Positions 46,736 to 57,941 of a DNA stretch of 64,000 bases are shown here, piece by piece (position 1 is the first letter of the stretch; each line of letters opens with the position of its first letter). The notes under the pieces are model-generated. The model did not search any database and was not told where the DNA came from. It saw only the letters and a program-made list of their open reading frames with translations. This stretch comes from Ostreococcus lucimarinus (taxonomy: Eukaryota). Location of the stretch: assembly GCA_000092065.1 (NCBI GenBank), contig CP000593.1; one strand, written 5' to 3'. The translations under genes were made by a program, and so were the position numbers.

Positions 46736-49231
46736 ATGGCGGTCGCGCGCGGCGCGCGCGCGGTGATGGCGACGGCGCGCGCGCGATCGGGGACGCGGCG
46801 AGGCGGACGCGCGCGAACGACGCGCGCGGGAGGGGTCGGGACGACGCGCGAGGTCTCGGCGCGGCGGCGCGCGCGCGAGGGAGGGATCTCGCGCGCGATT
46901 CAGGCCGATCACGGCGTGCGAGCGGAATCTGGGGACTCGAACGATGACGCGCGAAGCGCGGCGAGCGTGCGACGGGCGCTGGAGCGCGTGCGTGAGGTTC
47001 GAGATGGGTTGTTGGAGATTGCGGGGGAGGGCGCGTCGAGCGAGACGGAGACGTACGAGAAAAGAGTGGCGTTGATGGACGAACTAGAGATCGTTCGCGC
47101 GTGGGTCGAACGCGGAGGCGCGGTGGTGGCGATGAGCGAGACGATGTCGCCAAGAGAGCGGTATTTGGTGCGCGCGTGCGTGGCGTGCGGGCAGGCGCAC
47201 CTGTTTGACTTTCAAGACGACGACGACGCGGGAGAAGACGCGCTCGAGGGTCGAATCGCGCGTTTGGTCGCGGTGTTGGGCAAAGTAGAAACGTTTTATG
47301 ACATGCTCGGCGGTGTCGTGGGGTATCAGTGCACGGCGCTGGAGCTTTGCTTGGAATACGCCACGGGGGAGCCGGCGATGTTGCACAGCGGGGCGGATTG
47401 CTACGGCGTGGATTGCTACGGCGTTCCGGGAGACGTGGATTTTCACGTCCCCCCGGGCGTTGATCTGAGAGCGAGCGATGGTGCGTTCGCAGCCACGGCT
47501 GCGCGTTGGGGATTGGAAGAGCTTCCGAACATGGCGGAGATTTATCCGCTCGGCGGCGCCGGCGACAGGCTCGGGTTGGTGGACGCCGAAACCGGCGAGA
47601 GCTTGCCCGCAGCGCTCTTGCCGTACAACGGGCGGCCTCTCATCGAAGGCCTCGTCCGCGATTTGACCGCTCGAGAGTGGTTGTACTACAAATTGACTGG
47701 TGAGCACCACAAAACACCGGTGGCGGTCATGACGAGCGCCGCAAAGGGTAACCACAGACGGATCACGGCTTTGCTCAAAGAGAACAACTGGTTCGGTAGA
47801 GGTGAGGAAAACTATCGACTGTTCGAGCAACCACTCGTTCCAGTGATCAGTATGGATGGCGGCCGTTGGGTGAGAGAAGGCTTCTCGCAAATGGCGCTCA
47901 AGCCCGGGGGACACGGCGCCATTTGGAAGCTCATGCACGACGACGGCGTGTTTGATTGGTTGGAGTCTCGCGACCGAACAGGCGGGATCGTGCGCCAAAT
48001 AACGAATCCGATGGCGGGAACGGATACCACACTTCTATCCCTTTCAGGCGTCGGCATTAAGGGCGACAAAGCGCTCGGATTCGCGAGTTGCGAGAGACAC
48101 GTGGGCGCCTCAGAAGGCGTCAACGTGCTCATCGAAAAGAAGAATGCTCTGACGGATGAATTTGTGTACGGCGTGTCCAACATCGAGTACACCGATCTCG
48201 ATCGACTGGGCGTGAGTGATAAAGCGAACGGTGACGGCGGTACGGAAAGTGCGTATCCCGCAAACACGAATGTTTTGTACGTTGGATTGAAGCACATACG
48301 GGACGCGCTCGTCGGTTCGTCTCGCGCGGCGTTTCCGGGCATGTTGATAAACCTCACGAAACCGGTGCTGGCGAACGGCACTAAAGGTGGTCGCCTCGAG
48401 TGCTCGATGCAAAACATCGCGGACGCGCTCATGCGCCGATCGAGCCATCGACTTGGTCCGGAAGATTTCGATAATTTGCCAACGTTTGTCCTGTACACGC
48501 TTCGCCGACGCATCACCAGTAGCGCGAAGAAGAAGCGAGCACCGGAATCGATGAATCTCGCGCAAACCCCCGATGGCTCATTTTTGGATTTACTTCGCAA
48601 CGCGAGCGATCTGCTGAAGCGTTGTAACGTCGCCCACCCACCGCCGGACGATCAACCCTTGGAGGAGTACTTGAGCGACGGACCAGAGTTCATCTACAGC
48701 GCCCTTCCTAGCATCGGCCCGCTTTGGGATGTCGTAGAGCAAAAAATTCAAGGCGGCGAAATCAAGAAAGGCTCAGAAGTGCGCTTAGAGATCGCGGAGA
48801 TTGAATGGCGTGACGTTTCTGTGCAAGGATCACTCTTCGTCGAGTCGTCCTCGCCGTTTGGTACTACTTCAGCCGAGAGCGTGTGCTTTGACGAATCCGC
48901 GTGCGGCCGTTGTCGATTGAACAACGTCGTCGTCTCAAACGCTGGAATCGATTGGAGCGAAGCGTCAAACGTATACTGGAGTAACTTCATCACGCGCCGC
49001 GAGCGTTGCTCCATCGTCGTCGAAGGCAACGGTGAATTCGACGCCAAAGACGTCGCTCTCGAAGGCGACGTGCGTTACGTCGTTCCGACCGGTAAGCGAC
49101 TGATGTTGCGACCGGACGGCGCGGGTGGCGTTCAAGAAACATGGAGCGATATTTCGATGCCATCATGGCGCTGGAAGTATACGTTCGGTGACGACGACCG
49201 CGTCAACGTCGTCATGGAAGAACTGAGTTGA
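46736..49231 (+). CDS. UDPGP-family nucleotide-sugar pyrophosphorylase, long form (UGP3-like), with N-terminal transit-peptide-like region
   Basis: Nucleotidyltransferase G-loop IYPLGGAGDRLGL, …LPYNGRPLIEGLVRDL…, …LKPGGHGAIWKLM…. Its length (about 830 aa) is like plastidial UGP3 rather than UGP1/2. ATG is at 46736. Confidence 0.55.
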   Translation: MAVARGARAVMATARARSGTRRGGRARTTRAGGVGTTREVSARRRAREGGISRAIQADHGVRAESGDSNDDARSAASVRRALERVREVRDGLLEIAGEGASSETETYEKRVALMDELEIVRAWVERGGAVVAMSETMSPRERYLVRACVACGQAHLFDFQDDDDAGEDALEGRIARLVAVLGKVETFYDMLGGVVGYQCTALELCLEYATGEPAMLHSGADCYGVDCYGVPGDVDFHVPPGVDLRASDGAFAATAARWGLEELPNMAEIYPLGGAGDRLGLVDAETGESLPAALLPYNGRPLIEGLVRDLTAREWLYYKLTGEHHKTPVAVMTSAAKGNHRRITALLKENNWFGRGEENYRLFEQPLVPVISMDGGRWVREGFSQMALKPGGHGAIWKLMHDDGVFDWLESRDRTGGIVRQITNPMAGTDTTLLSLSGVGIKGDKALGFASCERHVGASEGVNVLIEKKNALTDEFVYGVSNIEYTDLDRLGVSDKANGDGGTESAYPANTNVLYVGLKHIRDALVGSSRAAFPGMLINLTKPVLANGTKGGRLECSMQNIADALMRRSSHRLGPEDFDNLPTFVLYTLRRRITSSAKKKRAPESMNLAQTPDGSFLDLLRNASDLLKRCNVAHPPPDDQPLEEYLSDGPEFIYSALPSIGPLWDVVEQKIQGGEIKKGSEVRLEIAEIEWRDVSVQGSLFVESSSPFGTTSAESVCFDESACGRCRLNNVVVSNAGIDWSEASNVYWSNFITRRERCSIVVEGNGEFDAKDVALEGDVRYVVPTGKRLMLRPDGAGGVQETWSDISMPSWRWKYTFGDDDRVNVVMEELS

Positions 49232-49372
49232 GGCGTAACGACGCATCAACAACCTCAAGCAATTTGTCTCGCACGCGCAACGCGCACCTCCCTTGCCCAA
49301 TTCAATATGTAAAACGAAAATTTATACATTGACGTCAACGTGCAATAGTGTCTACGTCGTCGTGTTACAAGG

Positions 49373-50236
49373 CTAAGTTTGTACTCGCGGCAAAAACCCC
49401 GGCGGCACGTCGGAATGCGAGGCCTCGACGGCGTTGGAAATGGCCTCCGCCGCGGCGACGATTGGTGATTTTCTACGCTCGCGCGGCGTCATGAACTTTG
49501 ACGCAGGGTCGTCTAGCTCGTCGAAACTTGCGTTGAGCTCGTTCGTCGCCAGCGCCATGGGCACGAAGAGCGCGCGAGCGCTCTTCTCGTCCAAGTATGA
49601 AAATTTTTCTCTTCCGATGGCCGTCGTCAAGCGAGCGTTGATCCCGCGTTTACAGCTTGAAATGCACTTCCCACTGCCTCGACATTTCCACCCACGAGGT
49701 AATTCCGCATTCAACGCGTCGACGATCGCTTCTGAACCGCTTTTGCGGCAATCCTTGCCCGTGCAAATCTCCACGACGGCGATGGGCACCTCTCGCGTGG
49801 CGTCGCCTAAAACCACGGGCGATACGAGCGGACACGCGCCGAGCGTGGCCAGCGCCGTCGGTTGCCGCGTCTCTTTCGTCGCCGTCGTCGAGGACGCGGT
49901 CACGTCGAGCACCGCCAAACCGGCGCCCAAGGCGTCCGCCCTGAGCGTCTCCTCGTAACACTTTTGCGACACCAACTTTCCTAGTTTCGCCTCGAGCGAA
50001 AACTTATGCCTCCTCTTGCCCGAAGGTCCGTTCTTTTTCTCCTTACCCGCCTTGCCCGATTTCTTCATCTTCATCGTGGACTTTGAAGATTTCGCCTTAC
50101 GCTTCGCCTTGCTCGCCTTCCTGACGACGTCCGCCAACGCGTCTCGTAGCTTGTTCGCGTTATCCGCCGCCTTTCGCGACGACCTTCGACCGCACGCCGA
50201 ATCGCTCTCACTCGACGACGACGACGACGACGACGA

Positions 50237-50282
<46 letters not shown>

Positions 50283-50737
50283 GAACTCGACCCGCCGCGA
50301 TTCTTCTTCTTCTTCTTCTTCTTCGTCTCGTCCTCGCCCTTCGCCCTCGTCGCCTTCCTCGCCCGCTTCGTCCTCACCCCCTCGTACTGCGTCTCGTGCG
50401 AATCATCCGCGAACCCACCACACGCCTTCCTCGCCCGCGCGCGCGCGTCCCTTCGCGTCTTTCGCCCTCGCTCGCCTCGCGTCGCGCTCGCCCTCGCGCG
50501 TTCGCCCTCGCCCTCGCTCGCCCGCGCCCGCGTCGCGCCCGCGGACCTTCGCGCGTCCCGCGTCTCCCACCGCGTCGTCTCCGCGTCGTCTCCGCGCGCG
50601 CGCGCGCGTTCCGCGTCCCGTCGTCGCCGTCCCGTCGTCGTCGTCGTCGTCGTCGTTCGCGTCCCTCGTCGCGTCGTCGTCGTCCATCGCGCCGTCGCCG
50701 CCGGCGCCGTCCATCGCGACGCCGTCGCCGTCGCCAT
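49373..50737 (-). CDS. Low-complexity protein with poly-Ser/poly-Lys tracts and C-terminal thioredoxin-like [2Fe-2S]-ferredoxin-type Cys motif
   Basis: C-terminal …PIAVVEICTGKDCRKSGSEAIVDAL…GWKCRGSGKCISSCKRG… (C-x4-C … C-x3-C pattern). The N-terminal two thirds are low complexity (Ser28, Lys7), so the start is uncertain. Confidence 0.35.
50213..50281. repeat. Compound trinucleotide repeat (GAC)8(CTG)15
   Basis: Read directly; it encodes the poly-Ser tract of the minus-strand gene. Confidence 0.9.
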
Positions 50738-51113
50738 CGCCGCTCGCGCGCGCGCGTCGCGTCGCGTCGCGGTCCGGCGCGCGGCGTCGACGCGCGCGCC
50801 GGATCGAGTGGATAGCGATCGACGGGTCGCGACCCATCGATGGGGGGGTCATGCCGAATGTCCGAACCACGCGCCATCGTACGCGCGCAAACAGTACGCA
50901 ATGGATAAACGCGTTCGGGTCCGCGATCGGTAATATTTGGATCCTCTGTGTGTGTGTTTATTTTTACCGCGCGACGGCGTGGATGGCATCCATCGCGCGC
51001 GCGCGCGACACACGACGGCGCGCGCGATCGATCGAGACGGTCGAGTCGTTCGCGCGCGCGACGGACGCGAACGCGACGGACGCGACGGGAATCGAACGAA
51101 TCGGCGCGAACGA

Positions 51114-51173
51114 AGGAAAGGAAAGGAAAGGAAGGATCGAATCGAATCGAATCGAATCGAATCGAATCGAATC
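51114..51173. repeat. Compound microsatellite (GGAAA)4-(ATCGA)8 in the divergent promoter / 5' leader upstream of the APH-like gene
   Basis: Read directly: ggaaaggaaaggaaaggaagg followed by atcgaatcgaatcga…. Confidence 0.9.
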
Positions 51174-51218
51174 GCGACGGAAACGCGACGAAAGGGCGAC
51201 GAAAGGTCGACCGCGGCG

Positions 51219-53147
51219 ATGGTGCGAGCGACGGGGCGCGCGCGCGCGGAACGCGGGACGCGGGAGGCGCGCGCGCGACGGCGAGAGTCGAGCGAGGGTG
51301 GTTCGCGGGACGAGGACGCGGCGACGACGACGGCGACGACGAGCGGACGCGAGACGGGCGCGCGCGAGACGGAAACGGCGGCGCGAACGCGCGAGGGGAA
51401 TGACGAAGAGGGACGGGCGGGCGTCGAGGGCGAGGAGACGGCGGGACGCGATGGGGAGGAGGAGGGACGCGGCGGCGACGGAGACGCGAGGGAGGGAGAC
51501 GCGCTCACGGGGGAGGAGTTGGACGTGTTGAAGGCGAACACGACGGGCACGAAGCACGTTCGAGGGATGGGGATGAATGGACACGTCATGCTCGAGGCGA
51601 CGACGTCGAGCGGTGACGGGAGGGGCGGAGATCAGCCGCCGGCAAAGGCGCGGAAAATCGTCGCCGCGCCGAAAGGGTTGGGACCGCACGCGATGAAGAA
51701 TGTGCCTTCGAGCGTGTTGGACGAGTCGGAGAGGAAATTGAGACGACCGAAGGTGCAAACGCACGAGGTGTATGGATTACTGCGGGCGCATTACGATTTA
51801 GGCGACATCGACCGCGAATCTTTGAAGGAGCTTCCGTCGTACGACGATAAGAATTGGTACTTTTGCGCGTACACGGACGATCCCAAGACGGGCGAGAAGG
51901 TCAAGCACGAGTACGTCGCCAAGGTACACAACGGTATGGACTCCTCTGGAGTCAGTCGCGGCGTACTCGCGGCGCAAGAGCGTATCATAGGGTACCTCGC
52001 CGCGCACGGCGTCGAGGTTCCAAACGTCGTCAAGTCGAAACTCGCGATGTACACCACGCCTGGTCCGAACGGGACGGTGAATCTCGTCTCCGAGGGCACG
52101 CCCGGCGCGAAGCGCGAGTTTTGCACGCGCGTGACGTTTCTCGCCAGCAACCAAGTCGCGCACACCATGCGCGTGTTGACGTATGTGCGAGGCAAAACCA
52201 TCGTGCAGGTGCCGATGCCGCACTCGATCGACTTTGTGCGAAGGAGCGGCTTATTCGTCGGACAAGTGTGCCACGCGTTGTCCAAGTGGCCTACGCCGAA
52301 AGAGATGGAAATCCAGCAGGATCGGCGCGAACTGGGAGACGCCGTTACGCTGCCTTACGTAGAGCAGCACGCGATGTGCTGGAAGGTGCTCACAAGTCGC
52401 TCGCGCTTGTGGGATCTTCGCTTCTTCATGGACGTGCAGCACTTCATGACGGATCTCATCATGCGCGAACTCTTCGAAGACGAAACGCGCATCATGATGT
52501 GCAACACCGTCTTCAACGCCTTCAAACACTTGGTGCTTCCGGTGGCGGACAAACTTCGCATCGGCATCTTGCACAACGACTTGAACGAGCAAAACATCAT
52601 CGCGTTGGAATCAGGGCCAGATCCCGTCAAGTTTCCAGCGAATGTAAAGTTTGCTGCGATTGATTTTGGAGACGTCGTCGTGTCGTGGCGCGTAAACGAA
52701 ATTGCCGTCGCGTGCGCGTACTGCGCTCTGGACAAGGAAGACCCCGTGCACGACATGTCGATGATGCTGGCGGGGATTCAATCCGTCTATCCGCTCACGC
52801 CGCTCGAGATGCGCGTCTTGCCGTGTCTCATCGCCGCTCGTTTGGTCACGTCGCTCATCATGGGCATGTACTCGTACCATATGCAAATTGTGGGTGAACA
52901 AAACGATCACGCGTCTGACGCCGCCGCCGGGCAAGCGAACTCGAACGCGGACCCGAGCGGCGAACCAGCCAGCGCGGATACGCCGAGGGGCAACGTGTAC
53001 GTACTCACGACTCAAAAATCTGCTTGGACTGCGCTGACTCGCATCTTAACCGTCGGCGCGGAGACGATGTTCAAGAGATTCATCATCGATGCCTACTCTG
53101 AAGGGTCGAGCGTCGTCGTCCCGCAAGCGGCTGGGTATCCCGCCTAG
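51219..53147 (+). CDS. Phosphotransferase-enzyme-family (APH/ChoK-like kinase fold) protein
   Basis: Catalytic loop LRIGILHNDLNEQNII (HxDxxxxN) and the metal-binding AAIDFGDVV (DFG-like) motif. The track start at 50937 is TTG inside an AT-rich segment; the first ATG is at 51219. The N-terminus is low complexity. Confidence 0.6.
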   Translation: MVRATGRARAERGTREARARRRESSEGGSRDEDAATTTATTSGRETGARETETAARTREGNDEEGRAGVEGEETAGRDGEEEGRGGDGDAREGDALTGEELDVLKANTTGTKHVRGMGMNGHVMLEATTSSGDGRGGDQPPAKARKIVAAPKGLGPHAMKNVPSSVLDESERKLRRPKVQTHEVYGLLRAHYDLGDIDRESLKELPSYDDKNWYFCAYTDDPKTGEKVKHEYVAKVHNGMDSSGVSRGVLAAQERIIGYLAAHGVEVPNVVKSKLAMYTTPGPNGTVNLVSEGTPGAKREFCTRVTFLASNQVAHTMRVLTYVRGKTIVQVPMPHSIDFVRRSGLFVGQVCHALSKWPTPKEMEIQQDRRELGDAVTLPYVEQHAMCWKVLTSRSRLWDLRFFMDVQHFMTDLIMRELFEDETRIMMCNTVFNAFKHLVLPVADKLRIGILHNDLNEQNIIALESGPDPVKFPANVKFAAIDFGDVVVSWRVNEIAVACAYCALDKEDPVHDMSMMLAGIQSVYPLTPLEMRVLPCLIAARLVTSLIMGMYSYHMQIVGEQNDHASDAAAGQANSNADPSGEPASADTPRGNVYVLTTQKSAWTALTRILTVGAETMFKRFIIDAYSEGSSVVVPQAAGYPA

Positions 53148-53312
53148 ACGGTTCGCGCGGACGCCGCGATCGCGACGTATGAGGACGACGAGTCGATGAT
53201 GCGCGCGAAAAACTAATAAATGATAACATTTAATGTGCAACAGTTTCGTATACTTGTAGTCTTATTAAAAAATCCGTTCAATGATGGAGCGCCGGGACGA
53301 CGTGAGACGCAG

Positions 53313-54308
53313 TTAAACCTCGAGCGCGCCGACCAACTCCGCATCGTTGTTGATGGGGTTCTTCGGCTCGAGCTTGACGAGTTCGATCGGCTTCTTGCCC
53401 GTTCCATTCGTCGCCGTCTTATCGCAACCCTTTTCCAAGAGCGCCTTGACCGCGAACGGCTTGCCGTACCCGCACGCGTAGTGCAGAGGCGTGTTCTTCT
53501 TCTCATCCGTCGCCGTCAAATCCGCGCCGGCTTCGAGCAAGAGATTGAAGATTTCTTCCCCGGCGTCTCCTTTGCCGAACGCGATGGCGTAGTGAATGGG
53601 CGTTCGCGAGGACGAATCGCGCGCGTTGATATCCTTGCCGACGGCGATGAAGTCTTCCACCGCCTCGACGTCGCCGTATCGCGCGGCGTCGTGCAACGTC
53701 TCAACCTCGGGCGCTTGCACCGCCGCCGGCGCCGCGGCCGCTTCCGGCGGTGCGATCCCTCCCGCCGCGGCGCGAATCGCATCCTCCCCACCCAACGCGT
53801 CGTTCAATCGCTGCAAGAAATCCTGATCGTTCGCCCACTTCATCATCGCCCCCGGTCCGTTTTTCCTCAAATCGTCAAAGAAATCCGCGAACGCGGGATC
53901 ATCCTTCAAACTTGCGATCCTCTTTTGCATGTCGGGATTCGCCACCATGTTATTCATCGCCTGCATCTGCTGCTGCACCATCGGATTCGACATCATGCCT
54001 TGCATCTGCGCCATCTGCGCCTTCACCTTTTTCGCCGTCTCGGGATCCTTCATCGCCTCCGCGTACGCCTTTTGCATCTCCGCCATCTTCTTCGGGTCCA
54101 TGTTCGGCGGCATCCCCGGCATCCCTCCTCCCGGCGGCAGCATCATTCGCACCGCCGCGCGTCCCCGTCGCGTCGTCGTCGCGCGCCCCGTCGCCGCGCC
54201 CCAGCCAGGGTTGCGCGTCGACGTCGTCCCGCCCATCGCGCGCCGTCCGCCGAGCGCCGTCGCGCGCGTCGCGCGCGTCGCGCCGGTCGTCGCCATCGCC
54301 ATCGCCAT
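53313..54308 (-). CDS. AKR2-like protein: STI1/DP-type domain plus C-terminal ankyrin repeats
   Basis: Met/Gln-rich STI1-like segment (…MAEMQKAYAEAMKDPETAKKVKAQMAQMQGMMSNPMVQQQMQAMNNMVANPDMQKRIASLKDDPAFADFFDDL…) followed by ankyrin repeats (…DSSSRTPIHYAIAFGKGDAGEEIFNLLLEAGADLTATDEKKNTPLHYACGYGKPFAVKALLEKG…). This is the domain order of plant ANKYRIN REPEAT PROTEIN 2. The start is taken at Met 54308. Confidence 0.65.
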   Translation of the reverse strand: MAMAMATTGATRATRATALGGRRAMGGTTSTRNPGWGAATGRATTTRRGRAAVRMMLPPGGGMPGMPPNMDPKKMAEMQKAYAEAMKDPETAKKVKAQMAQMQGMMSNPMVQQQMQAMNNMVANPDMQKRIASLKDDPAFADFFDDLRKNGPGAMMKWANDQDFLQRLNDALGGEDAIRAAAGGIAPPEAAAAPAAVQAPEVETLHDAARYGDVEAVEDFIAVGKDINARDSSSRTPIHYAIAFGKGDAGEEIFNLLLEAGADLTATDEKKNTPLHYACGYGKPFAVKALLEKGCDKTATNGTGKKPIELVKLEPKNPINNDAELVGALEV

Positions 54309-54679
54309 CGTTCGCGCGCGCGCGATTCGCTCGCTCGCGCGTCGCGCCGCGCCGCGGTCTCGCGCGCCGCCTCGTCGCGCGCGCGGCGCGACGGCGATCG
54401 ACGCGCGATGGGATGCGCGATCGGATGCGCGATCGCGCGACCCTCGAGCCGAGGTTCGATTCGCCGAGACGAACCTCGCCCGAGGGTCGACGCGACGATC
54501 GACGTCGCGCGCGTCGATCGCGTCGACGCGCGTCGCAAAGCGATCGACGCGCGCGGTCACTTTCACGCGCGGTCGCGCCCGTCGCGCTCGACGCCGACAC
54601 GACGCCGCGGAGCTCGCGCGCGCGCGACGCGCTGCGCACGCTCGGACGCGCGACGCGCGTCGACGCGCGCGCGCGCGCG

Positions 54680-54696
54680 ATGGATGCGCGCGCGAT

Positions 54697-54730
<34 letters not shown>

Positions 54731-54797
54731 GCGCGATGGACGGCGACGCGGGCGCGGCGAAGCGCGAACGCGAAGTGCGGCGCGCGACGAGGATTCG

Positions 54798-54837
<40 letters not shown>

Positions 54838-57823
54838 GGCGATCGCGAACGAAGCGAACGAGACGAGGGTGGATTATAAATCCATGCGCGCGCCGACGAC
54901 GACGCACGGGTTTAGGCTCGTCAGGGAGGATTACATCGCGGAGTACGACGCGAAGGCGTTCTTGTTTAAGCACGAAAAAACCGGCGCGGAGGTGATGTCG
55001 TTGAGCAATGAGGATGAGAATAAAACGTTCGGGGTGACGTTTCGAACGCCGCCGAGTAACTCGACGGGGATACCGCACATTTTGGAACACTCGGTGCTGT
55101 GCGGGTCGAGAAAGTATCCGATCAAGGAACCGTTCGTGGAGTTGATCAAGGGGTCGTTGAACACGTTTTTGAACGCGATGACGTGGCCCGATAAGACGGC
55201 GTATCCGGTGGCGTCGTGTAACTTGCAAGATTTCAGAAACTTGACGGACGTGTACCTGGACGCGGTGTTTCATCCGCGGTGCATCTCGAACGAAAAGACG
55301 TTTGAGCAAGAGGGGTGGCACTACGAGCTCGACGACGCGAGCGGGCCGATGACATTCAAGGGGGTGGTTTTCAACGAGATGAAGGGGGTGTATTCATCGC
55401 CGGATTCCGTGCTCGCGCGCGAGTGCCAGCAAGCGCTTTTTCCAGACAACACGTACGGCGTGGACTCGGGCGGCGACCCCACGGTGATTCCCGAGTTGAC
55501 GTTTGCCGAGTTTAAGGAATTCCACGCCAAGTTTTATCACCCGAGCAACTCGCGCATGTGGTTTTACGGCGACGACGACGTGGAGGAGCGCTTGAAAATT
55601 TTGGCGTCTTTCCTTGACGAGTTCGATCGTCGCGAAGTGGACAGCACGATCGCTACTCAAAAGTTTTTCACCGAGCCTCGACGCGTCGTCAAGACGTACT
55701 CCACGGGCGAGGGCGAGGACGCTCAAAAGTCCTTCGTCCAAGTCAACTGGTTGCTCAGCGAAGAGCCGTTCGATCCCGAAACTGGCCTCGCCGTTGGTTT
55801 CTTGGACCATTTATTGATGGGTTCGCAATCTGCACCGCTTCGCTTGGCGCTCGAAGAGTCTGGTCTCGGTGAAGCCATCGTCGGCTACGGATTGGAGGAC
55901 GAGCTCCGCCAGCCGACGTACGCGCTCGGCTTGCGAGGCGTGGCGCAAGAAGACATCCCAAAGGTTGAAAAGCTGATTCACGACACCATCGCCGCGATCG
56001 CGGAGGAAGGTTTCTCGAACGAAGCGATCGAAGCGGCGATTAACTCGATCGAATTCAGCTTGCGCGAAAACAACACTGGTCGGTTCCCGCGAGGTTTGTC
56101 GCTCATGTTCCGCTCGATGAGCACGTGGCTGTACGAGGGCGATCCTTTCGAGCCGCTGCGATTCGAAGAACCGCTCGCGAAGCTTAAGGCTAGAATCGCC
56201 GCCGGCGATATCTTCCGTCCTCTGATGCGTCGATTGCTCATCGAAAACACGCACCAAGTCACCGTCGAACTCAACCCGGATTCCACGCTCGCCGAAAAAG
56301 AGGCGGCGGAGGAACAGAGTAAGCTGGACGCTAAGCGCGCGAGCATGACCCCGGAAGAGCTCGAAAAGATGGTGCAAGCGACGAAAGAGCTCAAGGAGCT
56401 CCAAGAGACGTCCGATTCTCCCGAAGCGCTCGCTTGCGTGCCCACGCTCGCCATCAGCGACATCCCGAAGGAGGCCAAGGGCATCCCCACGGATATCTCC
56501 GCCGTCGGCGCCACCAAGGTGTTAACGCACGACTTGTTCACGAACGATATCTTGTATGCCGAGCACTTGCTCGACCTGAAGACGGTGCCGGCACACTTGT
56601 TGCCGCTCATCCCGCTGTGGACTCGCGCTCTCGGTCGCATGGGCACCAAGACGAAATCTTTCATCGAATTCGATCAGCTCATCAGCGCGCAAACGGGCGG
56701 CATTTCCGTGTCTCCGTTTACGTCTGGCATGCGCGACTCGGATGAGATGGCAGCCTTCATGGTCGTTCGCGGTAAAGCCACGAGCGACAAAGTTGGCGTG
56801 ATGCACGAACTCATGTCCGAACTCATGCTCGAGGCGAAGTTTGACGACAAGAACATCTTCAAGCAACTCGTGCTTGAGACGCGCGCGGGGATGGAATCTC
56901 GCGTGCAAGGCTCGGGCCACAGCGTCGCCGCCGGTCGCCTTGATGCCCAAGACTCGGTCGCGGGCTGGGTGAGCGAACAGATGGGGGGGTTGGCGCAGCT
57001 CGATTACCTTCGTGAGCTCGTGAAGCGCGTCGACAACGACTGGGACGGCGTGTTGGCGGATCTTTACACGATTTCGGCGTGCCTGAACAACCGCGCTGGA
57101 AGCGTCACCAACTTGACGGCGGATGCAAAGACGCTGGATCTCTCCATGCCTTCGGTCGAGGCGTTCTTGAACTCTTTACCCGCCACGGGCGCTGGCAAGT
57201 CTGAACAATGGACCGGGATCAACGCCAAGCAAAACGAAATCCTCACCGTCCCGACGCAAGTCAACTACGTCGGCAAGGCGGCCAACTTGTACAAGGCGGG
57301 GTACGAACTTCACGGAAGCTCTTACGTCATCAACAAATTGCTCGGCACGACGTGGTTGTGGGATCGCGTGCGCGTTTCCGGCGGTGCTTACGGCGGCTTC
57401 AGCGATTTCGACTCGCACAGCGGTATGTTCACCTACCTCTCCTACCGCGATCCGAACTTGTTGAAGACGCTCGACAACTACGACGCCACCGTTGACTTTT
57501 TGCGCAACCTCGAAATCGGCAAGGAGGAGCTCACGAAGAGCATCATCGGTACCATCGGCGACGTCGACTCGTACCAACTTCCCGACTCAAAGGGTTACAC
57601 CGCGTTGATGCGACACTTGCTCAAGGTGACGGACGAAGAGCGTCAAGAGCGTCGTGATCAAATTTTGGGCACGACGCAAAAGGACTTCAAGGACTTCGCC
57701 GACGCGCTCGAAACCGTGCGTGGCGCCGACGCGACGAGCGTCAGCGTCGCCTCGGTCGAGGCGGCGAAGACCGCCGTCGCCGAACGACCGGATCTCAACT
57801 TTGTCGTCAAGAGCGTTATGTGA
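54680..57823 (+). CDS. PREP: Presequence protease PreP (M16C pitrilysin family Zn-metalloprotease) with N-terminal transit peptide
   Basis: Inverted zinc motif HILEHSVLCGS (HxxEH), more than 1000 aa and four M16 domains. The track ORF starts at 53750 but overlaps the opposite-strand ankyrin gene. ATG 54680 (MDARAMTTTT…) is the first Met after that gene, and the later Met 54695 is an alternative. Confidence 0.85.
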
Positions 57824-57941
57824 GAGCGTTTAGATAATCTACAACTCAACCTATAGTAGCCGCAATCTAAAGAGAAAAAATGAATTTAATCCGACGAGCC
57901 GTCATCCACAATGCGACGCGTCGGCGTCGGCGGCTCCGCGA

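Noticed and set aside
53750-54679. N-terminal 310 codons of the track ORF for PreP
   Set aside because: This stretch overlaps the opposite-strand AKR2-like gene and is P/S/R-rich. PreP most plausibly starts at ATG 54680 with a transit peptide.
53220-54698. 492-aa plus-strand ORF (R/H-rich)
   Set aside because: It is antisense to the AKR2-like ankyrin gene.
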